Source: Cladosporium halotolerans (lineage: Eukaryota). Taken from it: a DNA stretch of 37,457 nt. Below are positions 33,507-37,457 of the stretch, piece after piece. The DNA lies in assembly GCF_011745625.1 (NCBI RefSeq), contig NW_027191503.1, positions 62,001 through 99,457 on the forward strand. Direction: 5' to 3'. A program made the translations under genes and the position numbers. The notes under the pieces were generated by a model, which was not told the DNA's origin, searched no databases, and saw nothing but the letters and a program-made list of their open reading frames with translations. Within the stretch, counting starts at the first letter, position 1; each line of letters starts with the position of its first letter.

Positions 33507-34904
33507 ATGGTGCCACAAAACCCGAACGCTGCCCGTGAAGAGAGGGGCGGCAGCGGCAGCGGTAAGGCCAGCAACAAGGCCACCAACTCCTCCGCTTCCC
33601 GACCCAGCGCACCGGCTCCGAACCCACGTGCCCAGGGCGGCATCTCTTTCGTCGCTTTTGATGCAGGCATAAGCAAGGAGAACAGGAAGGCAGTGCGTGT
33701 CCAGGCTGCGAAGGCCAGTGCCGCCGCGCGCAAAGCAACCATCGCGCGCAAGCTCGCCGCGCGGAAAAAGGGCGAAGATGAGGCAGACAAGGCCGATGCG
33801 CCGGTCGACAAGGCGGCACCCGCTCCAAAGGAATCAGCACCATCAAAGCAAAAGGGAGCTGGGAGCAACACGTCTGTTGGATCTACATCACAACAATACG
33901 TTTTCGGCCACCTCGTGCGGACAGAGCCGCACGCCGTTCAGTCGCCCTCGTCGATAAGCTCGGCAAGCTCCAAGGTCTGGTCTGATGCCAGTACTGTCAA
34001 CTCAAGACCGTCTCGTCCGACCTCACCTGCCCTCTCACATCAATATGCGCGGCGGTGTTCGCGACAAAAATCGCCAAACCGTCCATGCCACTGCCCAGAA
34101 TGCAAGCACACCACACCCGCCTCCTCAGTCGAGAGCTCGCCCAAGCCCGAAGTGCAATACGAACTGGGGCCCTGCGAGCAGATCGAAACTATGCGAGCTA
34201 TCTTGCATTATTCTGTCCCTCGCCCGGAAAGAATTGGTGTCGGTCGACATGATCCCTTCAGCTGCTATCCCGTACAATGGCAACCCTGGTACGATGGGCT
34301 GCTACACTACATGATGGTCGTTTTCGCACCCCGGGCTTGGCCAGTACTGCAGATCACTCAGACGCAGGGCGCACGATGGGAATGGTTCATGACTCAGCAC
34401 GCCATGGAGGAGCCTGCGCTCTTCTTTGTACGTCTGCTTTTCGCTTCAGGTGACTTGGTCAGAATCGGTGCCCTCGGCCGAGAGTGCTCGTATTGGTTGC
34501 AGTCACAAGCGATCAAGGCGATCAACGAGGCGCTCTCTGAACCGCAGAGATCTGTCTCTGACGGCTTGATCCTGGCTGTCGGTCGCATTGCCTTGCACGA
34601 GTGTATGTACGGCGACAGAAACGCCGCCAACACAATACACAGACCTGCACAAAGGCGAATGATAGACCTCCGCGGTGGCATGGCGAAGCTCGGATTCCCA
34701 GAACTCGTGAAGAAGCTCATGCGATGGTCCGACCGGGTGATGTCAATGCAGGGGAACACCAAGCGCTTTCTACCAGACGAAGAGGATCAGGGCAACACGA
34801 CGTACGGCGTGCGGCAGAGTGTCGACGTTTTCGAAACATGGGCCCCTGAACCAGGTCAGGCTCTACGCAAGAAGATCGCCATAGCCGATTTGCTAACAGA
34901 CTGA
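33507..34904 (+). CDS. Fungal transcription-factor-like protein without a Zn2Cys6 cluster (465 aa)
   Basis: ISFV..NRKAVRVQAA N-terminal motif, GRHDPFSCYP, QAIKAINEAL..VSDGLILAV and MIDLRGG resemble the C-terminal regulatory domains of fungal-specific TFs. Confidence 0.7.
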   Translation: MVPQNPNAAREERGGSGSGKASNKATNSSASRPSAPAPNPRAQGGISFVAFDAGISKENRKAVRVQAAKASAAARKATIARKLAARKKGEDEADKADAPVDKAAPAPKESAPSKQKGAGSNTSVGSTSQQYVFGHLVRTEPHAVQSPSSISSASSKVWSDASTVNSRPSRPTSPALSHQYARRCSRQKSPNRPCHCPECKHTTPASSVESSPKPEVQYELGPCEQIETMRAILHYSVPRPERIGVGRHDPFSCYPVQWQPWYDGLLHYMMVVFAPRAWPVLQITQTQGARWEWFMTQHAMEEPALFFVRLLFASGDLVRIGALGRECSYWLQSQAIKAINEALSEPQRSVSDGLILAVGRIALHECMYGDRNAANTIHRPAQRRMIDLRGGMAKLGFPELVKKLMRWSDRVMSMQGNTKRFLPDEEDQGNTTYGVRQSVDVFETWAPEPGQALRKKIAIADLLTD

Positions 34905-35083
34905 AGCGCGAGAGTTGAGAAAAAAGGTGCCCGGCAAGCGCCTCCCGCCTTCTTTTGGCATGCTGAGCAACATGGACCCGAAGATCCTCAATGGGATTGC
35001 AAAGTTCTACATTGAAATCTTGAGTGGTTCGAATTCAGCCCGCCGCGACTCCGCCGTGGAACCCAACCGCGTCGTCCCGGTCG

Positions 35084-36494
35084 TCAATTATCCAGAATCT
35101 GCACCTTCACAGCCTTCGCGGCAGGCGTAGACGCGGCTTCGAATGCTTCCACGGCTTGCTCCAACGGGAATCGATGCGTGACCAGCGGTTTCAGGTCGAT
35201 CAGCCCTTCCGACACGAGCGTTATAGCCTTTGGATATGTCTCGTGGTACCGGAACTGGAATCGTATATCGATCTCCCGGAACGAGGCATACATGAACGGG
35301 ATCGTCTGGAAATCCTTCCCGACGCCGATGATGTACACGGAGCCGCCGAACCGAGTCGCCTGGGATAGATGTCAGCCCAAAGTTATCCCACGGCGCACAA
35401 CACTGCAACTCACATAAATCGCCCCGTGGATACTGCTCTCCACCCCCGTACACTCCAACACCAACCCCGCCTCCCTCCCCAACGCCTCCTTCACCCTGCC
35501 CGCCACCCCCTCGGGCCCCTCTCCCTTCCCAACCAACACAGTCCTCGCCCTCGGCACCAACCCCCTCGCAAACTCCAACCTCCCCTCATCAACATCCGTC
35601 ACCACAACCGGCGCCGCCCCCGCCGCATTCGCCGCCAGCAAACAACACAGCCCGATCGGCCCCGCGCCGCAGATCACCAGCGCATCGCCCAATCTCAACC
35701 CCGCGCGCTCGATCCCCGCCAGCGCGACGGACAGCGGCTCGAGCAAGGCGCCTTCTTCGAAGCTTAGGGAGTCTGGTAGACGGTGCAGCCAGGCGGCGGG
35801 GTGCGCGTGGTAGCGCCGCAGGGTCCCGTCGACGGGCGGCGAGGAGAAGAAGGTTATGGACGGGCAGCCGTGGTAGGCGCCGGTGCGGCAGGGCGTGCAG
35901 GAGGGGAGGGAGCAGGGGATGCCGTTTTCGAGCGCGACGCGGTCGCCTGTTGGGGAGAAGGGATGGGTTAGCGAGTGGGGTTTGTATGATTATCCGGCCG
36001 TCCTTTGCTCTTTTTCTATCTTTCTCGCTCTTGCCTTTCCGAGCGGAAAAAGCAGCCTTCGTAGCGTTCTAGCCAGCAGCAAATATCCCCAGACCGGACA
36101 GGACGACGACGCGCGACGAGCCAAACAGCAGCGCAAGGCTGGCTCCCCGCTGCCCGTCTGCTCGCTCGCTGCCATCGTTCGTCCTGCCTACCTTACTATC
36201 TCCTCGATTTCAAAATCAAAGAAAAAATCAAAACTTACCAACCCGCCACCCCTCCACCCCGTCCCCAACCCCCACCACCTCCCCCGCACTCTCGTGCCCC
36301 AGTCCCAGCTCGCCCGTCACTTTCGACGAGCCGATCGCCCCGTCTTTCCAGAAGTGCACGTCGCTGCCGCAGATCCCCGTCGCGCGCATGTGGATGAGGC
36401 ATTCGGTTGGTTTCGGGATGGGGATGGGGACGGGGGAGAGGCGAAGGGTGTGGGTGGGGGAGGTTGTTAGGGCGAGGTTGGGTTTGGTGGCCAT
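35084..36494 (-). CDS. Zinc-dependent polyol dehydrogenase, L-arabinitol 4-dehydrogenase-like (354 aa; exons 36494-36239, 35946-35414, 35359-35084)
   Basis: [23 protein letters not shown] after splicing, four-Cys structural zinc loop, GAGPIG and IPFM.AS.REID..FQFRY; two canonical introns keep the frame. Confidence 0.92.
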
Positions 36495-37457
36495 GGTTTG
36501 GTTGGATGTTTGAATTGGAAGATTGATTTGGTGGGTGGTGTTGTGGGATTGGTTGGAGGGGACCTGGGAAGGAGAGGTGTGGTTTTGGATAGATGGATGT
36601 AGAGAGATGGGAGGCGTCGGTGGAAGCTTACTGTACAGTAACCTTATGTATGCATTGAGTGCATATGGCTATAAGGGACCTGGAGTCCAATACCTCTGGC
36701 TGAAGATGTCTTCTCTTTCAGACCGCCGATCCCCAAAATGGACACCGAAGGCAGTGTCTCACGTTTCTTCCCAGCTTGTTCCATCTTCCATGCGTCTTTC
36801 ACACGTGCCACCGCCCTCTCGAAACGCCCCATGATCGTCGGATGCTCATGCGGGCGGCGGGCGGCGACCTCGCAGGAGGCAACCCCGCAGCGGAGTTCAA
36901 AGCGACCTGACGTCTTCAGCTCGACGTCGGTGTTTTCCAGTCCGGGCAGGTCACTAGGCCGATTGATATTGAATGCGTATCTGTGCCTCTCGTTTTGACC
37001 GGAGAGTCTCTGCAATCAAGTGAAAGCTTAACAGTACTGGCACGAGTGTGTTCGCTTGGGCTTGTGACTTTCGTCCCACGCAACTGTCCACGAGGAACGA
37101 CATGCATGGCCCGATGATCCCAGCTTGTCCTCCAGACGCAATCTTTGCACCCTCGATACTCATACATTGTTTGCGGTTCTCCTCACTGAGATGACGAGCC
37201 GCAGCTGTCTGAGCAGCATTGCGACGAGGTATAGCCCGACGCGTAGCATTTTAAGAGCCGTGTGAACGGAGTTGTCTAAGGAACGCCGACAAGTGGACAG
37301 CGTAGAAGCCAATCGCTCACGGACGAGGGTGTTGCGGACTGCATCAGGTCAAACAACAAAGACAGTGGCTTTCGCTGGACTAGCCCGCCGGTCTGGACCT
37401 CTGGCCCTGCGCCCATCCGTTCAATGTCTCTTTCAGTCAAGGCCTTCCAACCATTTC

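Noticed and set aside
35020..35045. GGTTCGAAT resembling a tRNA T-loop
   Set aside because: No cloverleaf or acceptor stem around it.
36644..37457. Minus-strand ORF fragments at the right edge
   Set aside because: Could be the end of a gene outside the window, but no family motif or consistent splice model could be built.

Overview
Gene-dense genomic window from a filamentous ascomycete. Short GT-AG introns with CTRAY branch points support this; Dothideomycete-like is an impression only. The left ~7.3 kb looks accessory and lower in GC. It holds an NLR-type NACHT NTPase gene with an N-terminal HET-s-like amyloid motif and an unusual multi-pass hydrophobic C-terminus, a DUF4419-type gene and probable gene debris. 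A U1 snRNA gene, absent from the ORF track, starts at 7446. It is followed by a largely housekeeping block: Apc15, a secreted type-B carboxylesterase/lipase, proteasome alpha subunit PRE5, VPS55, a frameshifted orphan, cohesin loader Scc4/MAU2, LOC1, an Eht1/Eeb1-like alpha/beta hydrolase, VPS68, a coiled-coil orphan, a single-barrel MetE-like protein, a delta-12 fatty acid desaturase, a transcription-factor-like protein and an L-arabinitol/polyol dehydrogenase whose long first intron contains a ~90-nt G-U-rich hairpin. All family calls are from motif recognition by eye; no searches were run.
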